Shown here in pieces: positions 13,226 to 26,499 of a stretch of DNA of 64,000 nt (position 1 is the stretch's first letter; each line of letters opens with the position of its first letter). Source of the DNA: Vicugna vicugna (taxonomy: Eukaryota); contig MU057666.1 of assembly GCA_013265495.1 (NCBI GenBank), forward strand, positions 283,732-347,731. The letters are read 5' to 3'. The notes beneath the pieces are model-generated. The model was not told the origin of the DNA. It did no database searches and was given only the letters and a program-made list of their open reading frames with translations. A program made the translations under genes and the position numbers.

Positions 13226-15369
13226 ATATCAGATACTCTGGCAAAGGTAGAAAAGGATAGGAATGAAAATGGTTTAATGCACAGGTGCTTCAACTACCAT
13301 TGTACTTCTGTGTTTCAGATTATAATACATGTCCTTAGAACAAATCCTATTTTTCACATAATGTAATAACAACACTACTGTTACATAGTGGTTGGTATTA
13401 TAAAATCTGCTGGGAGATAAATGCTGTTATGAAATCCTATTAGCAAGTCTCTATGTACTATACATGCAGGGCAGATTTATTAACATACACTCTGCAGTCA
13501 CTTTCCTGAAAATAGTTTTATCAGCTATGAAATACTATGCAGTAATGCCATTAATAAATATAGCTAAAAAAAATAAGTATATCTAAATTGCAGTATATAA
13601 AAGTGAAACATTGAATAGCTTGAAATGGCCTCTGTGAATGGTGAGATCATTTCAAGTAGATGCACTGAGCAATGGACACACTTTGTTACCCCTTTTTTTC
13701 ATACACCCACATGTCAGGTAATAGATCATTGAAGTGTACAGCCAGTTAGGCTAATGAGAAAATGCTGGTTCTTTTACAAAAAGCTGTCAGTAGATGGCAA
13801 TGTGACTCTTTTATAAGGCATTTTTATCCCATATGAAACTAAAAACTTAGATCATTCACATTTGCTACCTAAATTACTGTAATTTCACCCCCAAAGGGCT
13901 TTGAGAGCCATTTTAAACTATTCTTTAAATAATTGATAGTTACAAATGAAAAGCCAAGCCGAGAACTTCCAAAATGATCAAAGTTGTTTTAATTTTCCAT
14001 TGGTCATGGTTGAATAAAAATAATGTTACAAACTATACCATCAATAACCAGGGAATGCAGAGCCTCCATTTCAAAGTAAAGCACTTTTAGCAAATCCATA
14101 TTATGCCCTTACTTAGGCACTATGACCAGCTATGGCCCACTGGTGCAATATTTATTGCAAGACTCTGAGGAATAATGTTGCATTGAACATTTAATTTTTT
14201 TCTAACTTTTTTTATCCTTTCAGCTCTCTTCTTATCTACATAAATCATCACTATTATTCTGTTACTTCCAGTGATACTTTATATAAATATTTACATGCCT
14301 ATATATTACATATATGCATATATAATAAAATGATTTTAAATATTCCTAAAATCAAAGAGTGCTAGCTAAACAGTCTGCATATACATTAAGAGGCCATGGT
14401 TTCTGACTTCATTATAAATTATAAAAAAAACCCAAAAGAATAATATATTTTTGAGGGAAATTCTGGGAATTGAGTTTTGGCTAATGTGGAAATCGAGGAA
14501 AAGAAAAAATATGTTGAAATTCTTAGACAATTCTATCAGAAGATACAAAGACAATATTCAGCTCTATAAAACCACTTTAATCATATTGAGCCTTAAACTT
14601 GTGATTCCATTTTAGGGTATATAAGGGGTAAAGATAAAGATGTATTATTAGGAGTGGGACTTTATGATTGTGCCATGCACCATAATAGGGAATCATTGGT
14701 CAGCTAAAAAGACCGTTACAAAAAAATAAATAAATAAATACAGTTACTAGTCATGATCTAACCTGTGGGAAAGTCAATTAAATAGCCCGAGTTACTATTT
14801 TATCAACAATGTAAATGGAAATAACTTGTCAATGTCTAATATTTCTTCAGATCTGATTAGTGATAGAATGTTTACCCTTTGACCCCACTTTGATCAGCAA
14901 GGTATGCTAAAATGGGAAATATCCAATCCTGGGAATCCTATTCAGTCCAGGATCTCTGAGTCCTAATTGGTGTGCACCCCAAAGGAAATGGAACTGATCA
15001 GTTTGTGCCTTGAAAATTAGAATTTTTAAAGCCTGGCTTCCTTCTTTTCATGATTCCTTAAAATAGGTTTTTCTGAATGTGACAATGGAAAATCCATAAA
15101 CAGCAAATGATCCTTGAACTGTATTTAGATATAAAATTTAAGAATAATATTGCCAGTGACTAAAAGTAAGGATAGTGTGGAGGATAAAAAATAACTTTTC
15201 TTCTACCTGTTGACCTAAAGAAAAACACAGAACATAAGAGTTATGAGTTTAAGTTTTATCCAGGGTCTTACTGAGGTCTGCAGCCTGTGAGACAGGTATT
15301 CAGTTTGCTTTCAGGAAGTGCTCTGGATAGGTAGGGGAGAGGCCAGTTTACATATGAATTTTTTGGCTG

Positions 15370-16298
15370 TATGAACAAAAATGACTGCAAACCATATCAA
15401 TAAACAAAGAATACTGAAACCATCAAGTCATCAGCTGCTGCTGCCACCCTCCAGTGAAGAGAAGCCTGCAGCCCAGCCTCTGCAGCCTCTCACAATGGTG
15501 CCTTCTGAGCGGCTCAGAATAACAAAGGACAAGATACTGGCCCTAGATAGCTAGATGCTTGTCCAAGGAATGAATTCAATGAGCCCAAATATTTGCTTCC
15601 TCCCATACATAGAAAAGCACGAAATTCTTTAAAGTAAGATGCCTGCTTTTCTTTAGATAACAAGTAATCTTTTATTGTTCCAGCTACCTGGTCTTTGTTG
15701 TAAAGCACCTATATATTCTAGCTCCACCCCTGCCTCTTCAGAGCAGTCCCTCAGAGTGATCTGAGAGGCTATAATTTGAGGCATCCTGCCAAATAAAACA
15801 TAACTCTCAACTTTTAGGCTGTGCATTTATTACAGAAACGACAGGCCACTCAAGAAACAAGCACCACTCAGAGGGTTGGAGTACTCAGATGTATTACACC
15901 GGCGGGCTCAGAGGGGCTTCTGCTCCAAAGCACTGAGCACCTCCAAGACGTGCACATGAGGTTTTATAGGGTAAAGTACAAGCTTGAGGTATTCGGCCAA
16001 TTGGCATGGAACAGCTTTAGCAGCATCATTATCACAAAAGTGGAGGCAGGGAGGCAGCAACCAACATTCCAAAGACAGGTATATATCTTTGAAAACCCAG
16101 CTGGCTAGCAAAAAACATGAACAGCAAACCAACACTAATTAACCTAGATTTACAAGTTAGTCCAGCAGAAATCAGTATTCCTTAGATTTGTGAGTTATCT
16201 TGTTAGCCCAGCCCAGCCTCTCCTTCACATTCCTAGACTTGTGAGTTATCTTGTTAGACTAGCCCAGTTTTTCCTTCACACATTTATTTCAGTCAAAA
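15370..16298 (+). mobile_element. ERV1 LTR family Z, third layer (split: 15370-15827 and 16285-16298)
   Basis: Exact TSD gctg (15366-15369 and 16299-16302); TATA-like cctatata near 15708 and AATAAA near 15792; inverted homolog at 17806-18299. Confidence 0.85.
15828..16280 (-). mobile_element. Young ERV solo LTR, family X copy B (innermost layer)
   Basis: Exact TSD catt (15824-15827 and 16281-16284); colinear with 12760-13225. Confidence 0.92.
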
Positions 16299-17232
16299 GC
16301 TGGGAAATCTATGTAAAAGTCTTGGTAAAAGTTTGCTGCTAATTACAAAAAGAGATATCTCAAGATAATGATATAGTACTTTTCCAAGTATGGGAAGATG
16401 CAAGAATCTGGAGTCATTGAAATTCTTCCTGAGATATATACCTAAGTATCTAAGGGCCTGTTTATTCAAAGCACAGAGTGCCTCATCCTGTTTTTCATCC
16501 TGAATCCCTCTCAGGTTGCACTGGGGGTGGACCACTACGGGCTGTTATGACTTAACCCTTGAAGAACTGGGTGGTGAGAAATGATCTTTTGTTCTTTGTT
16601 CACATACCCTTCTAGGTTCTTGGCTGAGATACCCCTCCTATAATAAAAGGTAGATTAACAGGAGAAAGGCAAACAGAGGCTTAATAATATGTGTACCTCC
16701 TCTGTATCTGGGAGACACCTGGGAAAACTAACTCCTTGAAATGGCACAAGCCATCACGTTTAAGTAAAATGTTCAGCTAAAGACAAAAGATGTTCAGGGG
16801 CAGGCTATTAGGAAAAGCACTGTAAACAACGGTAAGTTTGTTTTGCAGATTTAGTTTGTTGCCTTCTCCATTGCAGAGGTGTAGAGGTTTACTGTACCTT
16901 CTCTTCCTGGTACAGAGAGGGAGACATTCTTATAAACAGAGATTTCCCTTATAAATTCCCTTCCACTCAATTTTCAGAGCATTTCCTTTGCCTGCTGTTT
17001 CTTAAAAATAATCAGCCTAAAAAAATCCCTATGTCAAGGAGGCATGTTTTGGTGAGGCAAATTCTGCTCACATTCAACAGCATCCTTTATAGAAATGTAA
17101 GATTAAATATTTACATATGTCAAAGAATTGAAGGAGACAATATATTTGCTTTGAATTTTTAATTTTATAATTTGAATAAAATCAGTAGTTCCCTTGCATG
17201 ATTTATTTTCGATAAACCTTAGAGGTTTGAAT

Positions 17233-18428
17233 TGTAATGACAAACATAAATTAAAAATTAGAGGCTTAATTCTCCCTGTTAAAAATGGGGGAAGAGGTTT
17301 CCTTCCATTTCTTTTTCTGAGAGCATTTATCTTAGGAAGCTTGTAATTGTAGCAGTTTCTGATCTGCAGTTTCTAATGCCTTTTATTAGTTGACCTTTTG
17401 TCAGCTTTATGCCCAAGGATAGTTTTTCTCAAGAACTTGCAAGCCATCTCCTGGAAATGCTAGCATCAAGAGAGATAGGACTCCTAATCTCTCAGTTTTT
17501 GTGGAAGAGTAGGAGTCTAATTTCTTGGTGGCCACTTTGCTCCAAGATGCAAAATTATCTCTCTTCGTAATAATGAAAAGTTTGTTATTCTTTCAGATAA
17601 AACTAATTAGCTAAAATAGATGGTCAGTACAGTTACCAGGTAAAGTTAATATGAATAATGTGTGACAAATGGTGTTGCCAATTCCTCTGACTTGAAAATT
17701 AGTTATTGTTTACTTTAATTTTTTGATATAATGTGTTGTATCTGCTTGGCTTTATAAAACAGTGACATTTCTTTTTGCCTTTGCAATCTCTTAGCTGATT
17801 GCCTGTGTTGACTGAAATAAATGTGCAGCCTAAAAGTTAAGAGTTATGTTTTATTTGGTGGGAGGACTTGAGCTGGGATGACAGACTCTCAGATCACTCT
17901 GAGGGACTGCTCCCAAGAGGTAGGGAAGGAGCTGGGATATATAGGAACTTTACAACAAAGAACAGGTAGTTGGAAAAATAAAATATTACTTGTTATCTAA
18001 AGAAAACCAGGCATCTCAAGTTAAAGAATTCAGTGCTTTTCTATGTATGGGAGGAAGCAAACATTTGGGCTCACTGAATTCATTCCTTTGACAAGCATCT
18101 AGCTATCTAGGGCCAGTATCCTGTCTTTTCTTATTCTGAGTCTGCTCAGAGGACACCATTGTGAGTGGCTGCAGAGGCTGGGCTGCAGGCATGTACTCGC
18201 TGGGGGATGGCGGAAGCCGCTGAGGACTTGGCTTCAGCATTCTTTGTTTACTGATATGTTTGCAGTATTTTCACTCACATTGCAGTATTTTCGTTCACAC
18301 CTGAGATGCTCACTGCATTCTGGTGTAATGCTTATTCAGTAATAGAAGGGTTTTCTTTCTCTATAAACTTTGTAGAGAGAATTTCTGGGTTGTGAGAAGA
18401 TTTTGTTTTTAATTGTATGTCCCTGACA
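17233..18428 (+). mobile_element. Older ERV1 LTR (MER89-like), interrupted
   Basis: TG..CA ends; gaggcttaattctccctgttaaaaat start motif; tttataaaa TATA-like near 17751; split by the insertion at 17806-18299. Confidence 0.6.
17806..18299 (-). mobile_element. ERV1 LTR family Z, second copy
   Basis: tgttgactg..gttcaca termini; exact TSD cctg (17802-17805 and 18300-18303); reverse-complement homolog of 15370-16298. Confidence 0.9.
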
Positions 18429-21400
18429 TTATTTAACCGGAATTCAGATTTTATTTTCTTGCGTTGGATTTTCTTCCCACCAACTCAATTCAACTTTAAC
18501 TACTACTCTGGGCAAGAATCAAATTCGTATACTAGATACCAAGTCCTATTGATATAGTTGCAATTTAGCTTCATGATCTTTCATTATTCATTGAAGATAA
18601 CTGTATACATTATAGCATGCCACTTGTTTCAAATAAAGCAATCAAGCAAGACATAAAGAGGAAAGCTTTCAGGGGAATTTTAATACTTTGTAAAGTAAGG
18701 AAGCAAATCCTTTAGATGAATTTCCATTTTAAAAAATCCATGATGTAGTGTTTTAGGCAATAAAAATAGCTTTCTTTGGCAACACTTATGGCTAAAAAAG
18801 AAGTGTAAAACTGATAAAATACTAGTCAGAATTCTATCATTCCATTTGTGAAAGAAATTATATTTATCATTAAAAACGATTTGCACATATATCCTATTAA
18901 AATAGCATTTTCTTTCCACAGAAAAAATGAGAATACAAAGACTTTTGACTTTCTCATGGAAATAGTTACATTAAAATAATAATTCATGGTGAGTCTATAT
19001 ATTTTAAAGTATCATTCCTTGAAATATCCTTGAAGTTGTTCTTTAATCAATAGTTTCATTAGACATTTCTCCATCTGCTATCATCACATACACATGTGAG
19101 TGAGAAAACCTGTTCTGTGAAGTGATACTTTAATAATTATTTTTAAATTGTCTGGATAGTAGGTTATATAGTTTCAATTTTGCAAGATTTTCTTAAAGAC
19201 CAATTAAAATACAAAATTGTATTTGCCATCTATAAGTGGCAATATTTCCACCTTTTAAAAACATAGATGACTTTTCTTACTATACTAATTGTACTTAGAA
19301 TAACAGCCATAAAACTTCCATAGTGCTTTTCTAAGTTTTACTATTCTTTCTATGTTTTTGTTACAAAATTGTATATAGAAACATAAATTAAGGCCCATTG
19401 ACTCACCTTCAGTTCTTTAATATAGTTTGGAAATTGATCTTAAAGCCTAGATTTGGTTTTTTATGAAGAGGGGGGTTGAAAGAATAGCATATATAATCTG
19501 AGTTATTTTAATATCTGCACTTTATGTTTTCTGAGCCTTCTAAATTATTAGGTGCTGAAGGTTAGATTGGATGTCATTCAAAAGACAGTTTTCCTTGGAC
19601 TGGCAATAATATCAGAGACTGGCCTAAGACCTCAGAGTCATAAGTTATTATCAACCTGTCTTCAGAAGAGATGCCATTTTATAAAAATCTCTAAGGCTAA
19701 AGGAAGACATTCAAGTTGCATTAAATATATTTTACCTCCTTTGTTTGAGGAGAAGTATACAGCAAATTTTCTATTCTTATTTCTTCTGGAAAATTCCATG
19801 ATGAATTGATTATGACACATTACTTCTAGGAGATTGACTTGTGTACACTGGTTTGACTTATGCCAAGTATACTTTTAACATGCAATCAAACTTCATTTAT
19901 GAAATTTGTATTCTAAGAATTGAACCAGGTATAAGTGCTAAATTAAGTCTGTGTCAGGTTCTACTATTGAAAATAAGAACTTCTTTATTCATCAATATAC
20001 TCTGATTTACATACTCAGATTTTTAGATGTAGTTTTGATGCCATGCTGAGTTATCAATTTGAAGGCTAACTGGAATTGCAGTCCTATAGAGTTGGAAGGA
20101 TCTTAAGAAATTTAGCTGGTTTCTTCCTTCAGTTATAAGTACATTATCTCAGGTATGTGAGAATCCTTCCAAGACTATTTTCAAGAATAACAATCCATCC
20201 TAGTGTGTAGCAACCTTGAGTCTAAGGGAATCGTTCATATAGTTGAATTTATTACACAAGAAACTGTTTTTCACTTATAATCTGTTACATGGAGTAGAAT
20301 TTTTTGAAAGCATTTATTGACATAGTCTGAGAGTTATTGGATTATAGCCCTCAGCTTGTGTTTCCTATTTGACTAAGCAAATTCTTTTAGTTCCATTATT
20401 TTAGTCATTGGAAGATAAGTATGCTTAATTTATTTTTCAAGACATTTCTTAATTTTGAAATAATTTCTTGAATTCTAATCACCAGGTAGGTATAGTGCAT
20501 TTCTAGGGAAGTCATATAATTTTTTAAATTTTCCCTTTTCTTGACTTAAAGAGTTCTTTTCTAAAAGGAATAAACTTAGTGCTTGTTAATGCTTGTCTCC
20601 ATAATTAATTTTTTTTTTAGTAAACTAAGTGTACTCTAGTGCTTAGATGTTTATTTTTAAATTCTCTAAATTAAGAGATTTTAGGGAGCAAAATATTTTT
20701 CATTTAGTAAAGGTTGGATCCACATAATTCACAACTAGTACTTTTAAATGCACAATTGTGATATGAGACTTCAGATATTTAATAATTATTCTTACTCTGG
20801 TAAGTACCCAACTTTTCTGTAACATCTTCAACTAGATTTTATGTTCTGATCTTAGGGAGGCCAACTTGGTTTCATATGTCATCAACATGCTATGAATAGT
20901 GAAATGATTATTTACAGCTACCTAATTTACTTTCATACCATCCATAACAAAATAGAAGAGAAATTAGATTGATCAAACTAAATACTTATTAGTATTTTTA
21001 TGTGCTGTGAACTCCATTGTGGGGATAACTTAGAGCCCATCATGTTGGCTCCTGAATTTGTTATAATACCCACAGTGCTCTGCAGGGAAGGGCTTTAAGC
21101 AGTTTTTAGAAACTGTTTAATTTCTTTTCTATCTAAAATAACAATTGGTGATTAGTAGGAATTGCTAGATTCCTAGTATGTTGAAAGCTTAGGAGTAATT
21201 AAACACAATTGTATCCTTTGCAAAGTTGAGCAGGAAATGTCTTCATGTACAGGTGTTTGTCTTGGAGAAACTAACTGATGCCCAGTGCACACAGGGAAGC
21301 AGCAGTGGCGTGGTAAACAAGGAAGTACTGGAAAGGAACACTTTAAGTAAGACAGGAAAACATCATGGTTTTGGAAATTATTTACTGTTTTACGTCTGAA

Positions 21401-21745
21401 ATGGTCATAGATTTTTAAATATATGTATGAGTATAAATACTGTAACATTATTGATATTCATATCTGATTTATCTATGCATTTCACACCTAATATTTGCAT
21501 TATGATTTCACTACTACTGTTTAAATATACATTATTCATTTTAAAGGTGATTGTATGTATATTGCTAGATATTTTTATAGCTTTCATTCTGCATTTGCTA
21601 ATGTATATTTTATACAGACAAAGAGAAACATTCTACCAACTGTAACAAAATTTCACTGTAAAACTTGAAGAAAATTAGCTAAGATTTTGCCCAGAACTAG
21701 TGTCATTAATGTTTCATTATCTGTATCACGAATCTACAATACTGC

Positions 21746-22045
21746 AGGTCCACAATCCATTACCTAAAATGCTGCAATGCAGAAGTATGAAAACTAAAAA
21801 TATTTTGGAACTAATTCTTTGTAGAATGTTTCCCAAATAAATATCACTATTTATAGTGTTTATCTCTCTTCATACATTTCACTGCATAGACATTAAGTTT
21901 TGATTACTGTGCAGAGTGCCAACCACTCTGTGAGAATTACACAATACACAATATTTGCATCAAATTAACCTTACAAAACTTGATAAATTCTAAATTATGA
22001 AGCACATGTAGCCCCAAGGGTTTTAGATAAATAACTGGAATTTGT
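21746..22045. mobile_element. TcMar-Tigger-type MITE relic
   Basis: Degenerate TIRs caggtccacaatccattacctaaaa / gccccaagggttttagataa. Confidence 0.5.
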
Positions 22046-22414
22046 GTTATTTAAACCAAGGTGAGATTTTAAATCCTTCTGTCTGAAGTTGCATATCTTA
22101 ATGTATTTGTACATCATCAATTTGTTATTGAAGGTCATAGAGAAAAGCAAAATATTAAAGATGGAAAGTAGTTAGAAGTTACAAACTTCAATTTGAGCCC
22201 TTGTTTTTGGCAAAAGAAACTGCCAAGGAAGTAAATTATTTTGTTTAAAATTATGCAGTCAGTAAGTGAATGATAAAAGGACTGAATTCAACTCTTCATG
22301 CTATTATCACCTCTCGTAAACAAAAAAATAAAAAGTAAAAGAGAAAAAAAGTAAAGGGGAAAAAGTTGCTATGGCAACAGCAGAAGAAAAAATGTGGTGA
22401 GATACTCCAATTCA

Positions 22415-23445
22415 GTTGGGGAAATGGTGCTGGAACAACTGAATATCCATATGGAAAAATGGACTTTGACCTCTACCTCACATCATAGACAAAAATCAAT
22501 TCAAGATGAACCATGGTCCTAAGTGAAAAAAGTAAATCAACAATGCCTTAAGAAGAAAACACAGAAGATTGTCTTTCTTAGTTTTCTATAGACACAGATT
22601 TCTTAAGTAGCATATAAAGTGTACTAATCACATGAGGAAGACAGAGGATAACTTGGACTTAAAAAAACCCACCAAGTTTCTTTTTATAAAATGACACAAT
22701 AGAGGTAATTGTAAAATACAGAATAGGAAAAAAAAAGTCTACAAATGTTTGACAAATATATCTAGAATATATAAGGAACTACCAGAAATCAATAAGAAAG
22801 ATAAATCATCATATTAAAAAACACACACACACACACAGTTGAATTCATTTCACAAGAAGAGGTAGCCAAAATAAATAAATAAACAAACAAACAAACAAAT
22901 AAGCAAATGAAAAAGGGCCTCAAAATATTAATCATCAAGGTCATGCAAATTAAGCCACAATGAGATAGCACTACACTCACCCAAACTGTGGAAACTAAAA
23001 AGACAGATAATACCAAGTTTTGCCAAGCTGGTGGAGAAACTGGAACATTACCATACTCTGGACAGAGTGTACAAGTACAATCACTTTGGAACACTGGCAA
23101 TATCTGCCAACCCTAGATACACATGGATAAATCTCACAGATGTTATAGTGACTGAAAAAGGAAAAAAGCCAAAACAAAAAGGAATCTACTATATGATTTC
23201 AGTTATATAAATTTCAAGACTAGGCAAAAGTTATCAACTGTGATAAAATTTAGAATAGTGACTGCCCTTGAAGACACATAGACTAGGAAGGGACCCAAGG
23301 GAAATTTATGGGGTAATGGAAATATTCCATATCTTGGTCTGGGTGGTTAAGTAGGGAAGTATATGTTCAAACTTCTACTTGAGCTGCAACTTAAAATTAG
23401 TCACTTAAAACACTATATTTATAATGTAACTAAATAAAAAGTTGG
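22415..23445 (+). mobile_element. Ancient L1M (L1MC/ME-type) ORF2 end and 3' UTR with internal deletions
   Basis: aaatggtgctggaacaactg, atgcaaattaagccacaatgagata, tatgatttc..tataaatttcaag motifs. Confidence 0.85.
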
Positions 23446-23992
23446 GGGAAAAATGCAGTGGAACCGAATTAAGATCATTTCAATTCAGAGTTCTAGAACA
23501 CAATTCACAGATGAAATGGTACTTGAACTAAGCATTCATTCAATAAATGAGCATTATGCTTCTTCTATTTGCCAGTCACTTATTAGGTATAATGAATACC
23601 TGGAAGGTAACACAGTTGTCACCCTCAAGGAGCTTAGAGTGGTGGTCATGAATGGTGACGAGGACGCCTGTATGAGGGGAGGCAATTCCACGCTGGACAA
23701 ATGGGTTGTAGTAATAAAGAGTGGAAGTGTGTGAATTATTTAAGAAATGAAATATAGTTCAATTTGATGGAGTATAGGTTTCATTGAATAATATGTTAAT
23801 GCCTAATCCAAGTTTCTCTGCCTTGTGTAGAAAAATATTCAACACCTCTCTATCTTTGTCTGTCTTTTCTTCCTTCCTTTTGTTCTTTTTTCAATAAACT
23901 TGCATTGATTCCCAACTCACAGAATTTATATACTCTAATGGGCTCATTATATTAGTGTTATAACCATTATGATATATGATACATAATATATA

Positions 23993-24029
23993 TGTGTGTG
24001 TGTATGTGTGTGTGTGTGTGTGTGTGTGT
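23993..24029. repeat. (TG)n microsatellite
   Basis: Directly visible, with one interruption. Confidence 0.95.
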
Positions 24030-24487
24030 ATGTATAGTATTACCAGAAAGAAGCAATTTAACAGGATTCTAAATTCTTAAGTAACCAACTAACCACAAAT
24101 TGCCACGCTGGGTTTCAAAGAGTGACGTGCAGAAGGGTATCTGGAGCTGCTATCTCAAATTACATAATTTTTTTCACCCTGAACTCCAACGTAAAGCTCT
24201 TATCCCTATTGAATCAGTCTGGGATGGACAGTAAGTGGGGTATGATGAGTCTTTCTAACACTCTATCTTGAGTCTTTGGTCTCTTTCCCCTAAGACCATA
24301 CCCTAATTCTGAACTCATGGAAAAAGAAGCATTTTTCCCTGAGATCAGAACAAAGTTGGTACATTCATTCAACCCCAGGCCTTCCCAGAGCAGGAAAATC
24401 CTTAGAATCACAACATAGCACAGCTTAGTGGTTGCTGTTATCACTTTAAAAATGGAGAGATCTGGATTCTCAGGCCAATTCTGCAAG

Positions 24488-25012
24488 TTTGACCTTGAAA
24501 AAGTTGTTTACCCTCCTGCCCTTCAGTTTCATCTTTTATAGCTAATCAGTAATACTTATTAAGCACTTACTATATGGCAGTCATTGTTTAGAACATTCTA
24601 TAGATATTCATTCATTTAATGCATAAAGCAATGGAATAAAAAGGACATTATTTTTGTCCTCATTTTACAGAAAAAAAAAACAAAAGAAAAAGGCAGCTTA
24701 AATAACTTGCCTAGGTCACATAACTTGTAAGTGACTTAAAGCCTGTTTTGAAACGTAGTCTGGGTCCAGAGTCCACATTTTTTGTGACCACTATGAAACA
24801 CTGCTTTATGATAACTAGTATTGAGAATAACAATAGTGCTTACTCCTAGAATTATTTCAAAGATACATTCAGTTAACACGTGTAAAGTTCATAGAAGTGC
24901 CTAGCCTATAGTAAATATTCAGTATAGGTTAGTAATCATTATTATTTAAAATGCAAAAATAATAATACTATCATTTTCCAACGAAGATTAAATAAAATGA
25001 TGCATAGAAATT
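24488..25012. mobile_element. Cluster of MIR SINE fragments in both orientations
   Basis: MIR cores: cctcattttacag..aaataacttgcctaggtcaca on one strand; tgaccttg..cttcagtttc and gtaaatattcagta on the other. Confidence 0.8.
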
Positions 25013-25593
25013 CAAAATGCTCATTTTATTATTATTTTTTTTTTACCTATAAAGGACAGAGTGTTAAAAAACAGTTTATAAGAGGGAATCCATGTCACGT
25101 CCACTTCCTGGGCAATACGGGAGCAAGTCTCACTTCTCTTGCTCACAGGGATAGCAGTCAAAAAGAAGACAATGGGGAGAATCCAAATGAGCCTGTATGT
25201 GAATTCAGAGGGAATTAATCTTTCACTTGCACCTGAAGCATCTACCCCACAGTACTGTGGCCTCATAGCGCCCTTGATCCATATCATTGTCATTATTATT
25301 CTTGGAGTGATGGGAGGGTCAGGGGCATTTAGTACCTTCTAGTGTTGAAGTGTATCACTAACTGGGAGACAGAAATAATTTTTGTAGTTTTATATGCAGA
25401 ACACACTGTGGGAGAGCATCTTATGCTACTGTCAAATCAAGTTTTTCCAGCCTCAAGTATATCTTTTACTTACATTCCCAGTGTTGAAATAACTTTCTAG
25501 GCACAACATAGTACTGCTTCTGCTGGGGATCCACGTCAGCAAACCAAAACTTAGATAAGTTTGTGTCTGTGCAAATGTTCCTCATTATCAGAG

Positions 25594-26069
25594 TGAAAGG
25601 CTTTCAATCTAAAATGGAACCAGAGGGTTTGAAATAAAATCTTAGGCACATACCCTCAGAAAAATGGGCTTTAAGAATTGAGAGAATTGATTTCACATAA
25701 ATTCCTGATTTATAGAAGACTAAGAGTTATCTCCTGACCAATGAACACGTAACATGAATCCCTCCCCATCCTCAAGCCAAGGAACTTACAGCTTGCACTC
25801 TGGCTGGACTCTCCACTGTTTGCTCTCCTTGCCTACCCCAGATGACAAGTCAACTCTTAAGTCTTCTCACCCAAATCCAGGTTGACTGTGTGGCCTCAGC
25901 CCATCAGATATTTTATATTTTCCTCTTCCTTGCTCTATATTCTTCATCCTATAAACATTTCTTGCCTTCTGCCCACTTTGCAGTTCTCCGAAATAAGACA
26001 GTCCAGTTCATGAAGTGTTAAATAAAGTTTGTTTATATCACCAAATTGTCTTCCTTAATGATTTTAACA
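25594..26069 (+). mobile_element. Old ERV1-like solo LTR
   Basis: TG..CA ends, tctaaaatgga start motif, cctataaa near 25948, AATAAA near 26021. Family not identified. Confidence 0.55.
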
Positions 26070-26499
26070 GCTGAATGAAGGAAAAACAAACTTAGTTTAA
26101 TGTGAATCTACTGTGTATTATAGACATTACCTACAACATTTAAATGATTTCACCAAGTATTATCTTGTTAAATTTGAAAGAAATTCCAAGCCTGAATCGA
26201 ATAAATACAACTTTTTCTGAGGTCTAGAATCTGATAATGCCAATTGAAATAAAGTAAGGTGAGAGAGCAAATCAAAAGTACCTGTGGGGAAAAATATCTT
26301 TCTTGGTAGATTCTTCAGTTTATTTGGAACAGGGTCAGGCAAAATATTAACCTGTAATATGTGGGTTTTAATTTTGAGGTTTCAGATTCATTCCAAACCA
26401 CAGGAATTTACAAGTAACAGAAGGAGGAAAATACATAATTCTTTCGATAATTAAAAATTTATGAAACAAAGTCAAGAAAAATACATAATTAGGTCTTCT

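Larger units (their letters stand above)
15208..16604 (-). mobile_element. ERV1 LTR family Y, second layer (split: 15208-15369 and 16303-16604)
   Basis: tgttgacc..gttcaca termini; exact TSD tacc (15204-15207 and 16605-16608); homologous in inverted orientation to 58939-59393. Confidence 0.85.
15176..17076 (-). mobile_element. MER34-like ERV1 LTR, outermost layer of the nest (split: 15176-15207 and 16609-17076)
   Basis: TG..CA termini; TSD atag/acag; minus strand begins gcagaatttgcctcaccaaaacatgcctccttgacat..ctgattatttttaagaaacagcag, as recalled for MER34-type LTRs. Confidence 0.75.

Noticed and set aside
26270..26296. Minus-strand YAG|GT recursive-splice-like site (ccccacag|gtactt)
   Set aside because: The regenerated donor is weak and the site is only 1.4 kb from the promoter; an ordinary acceptor explains it.
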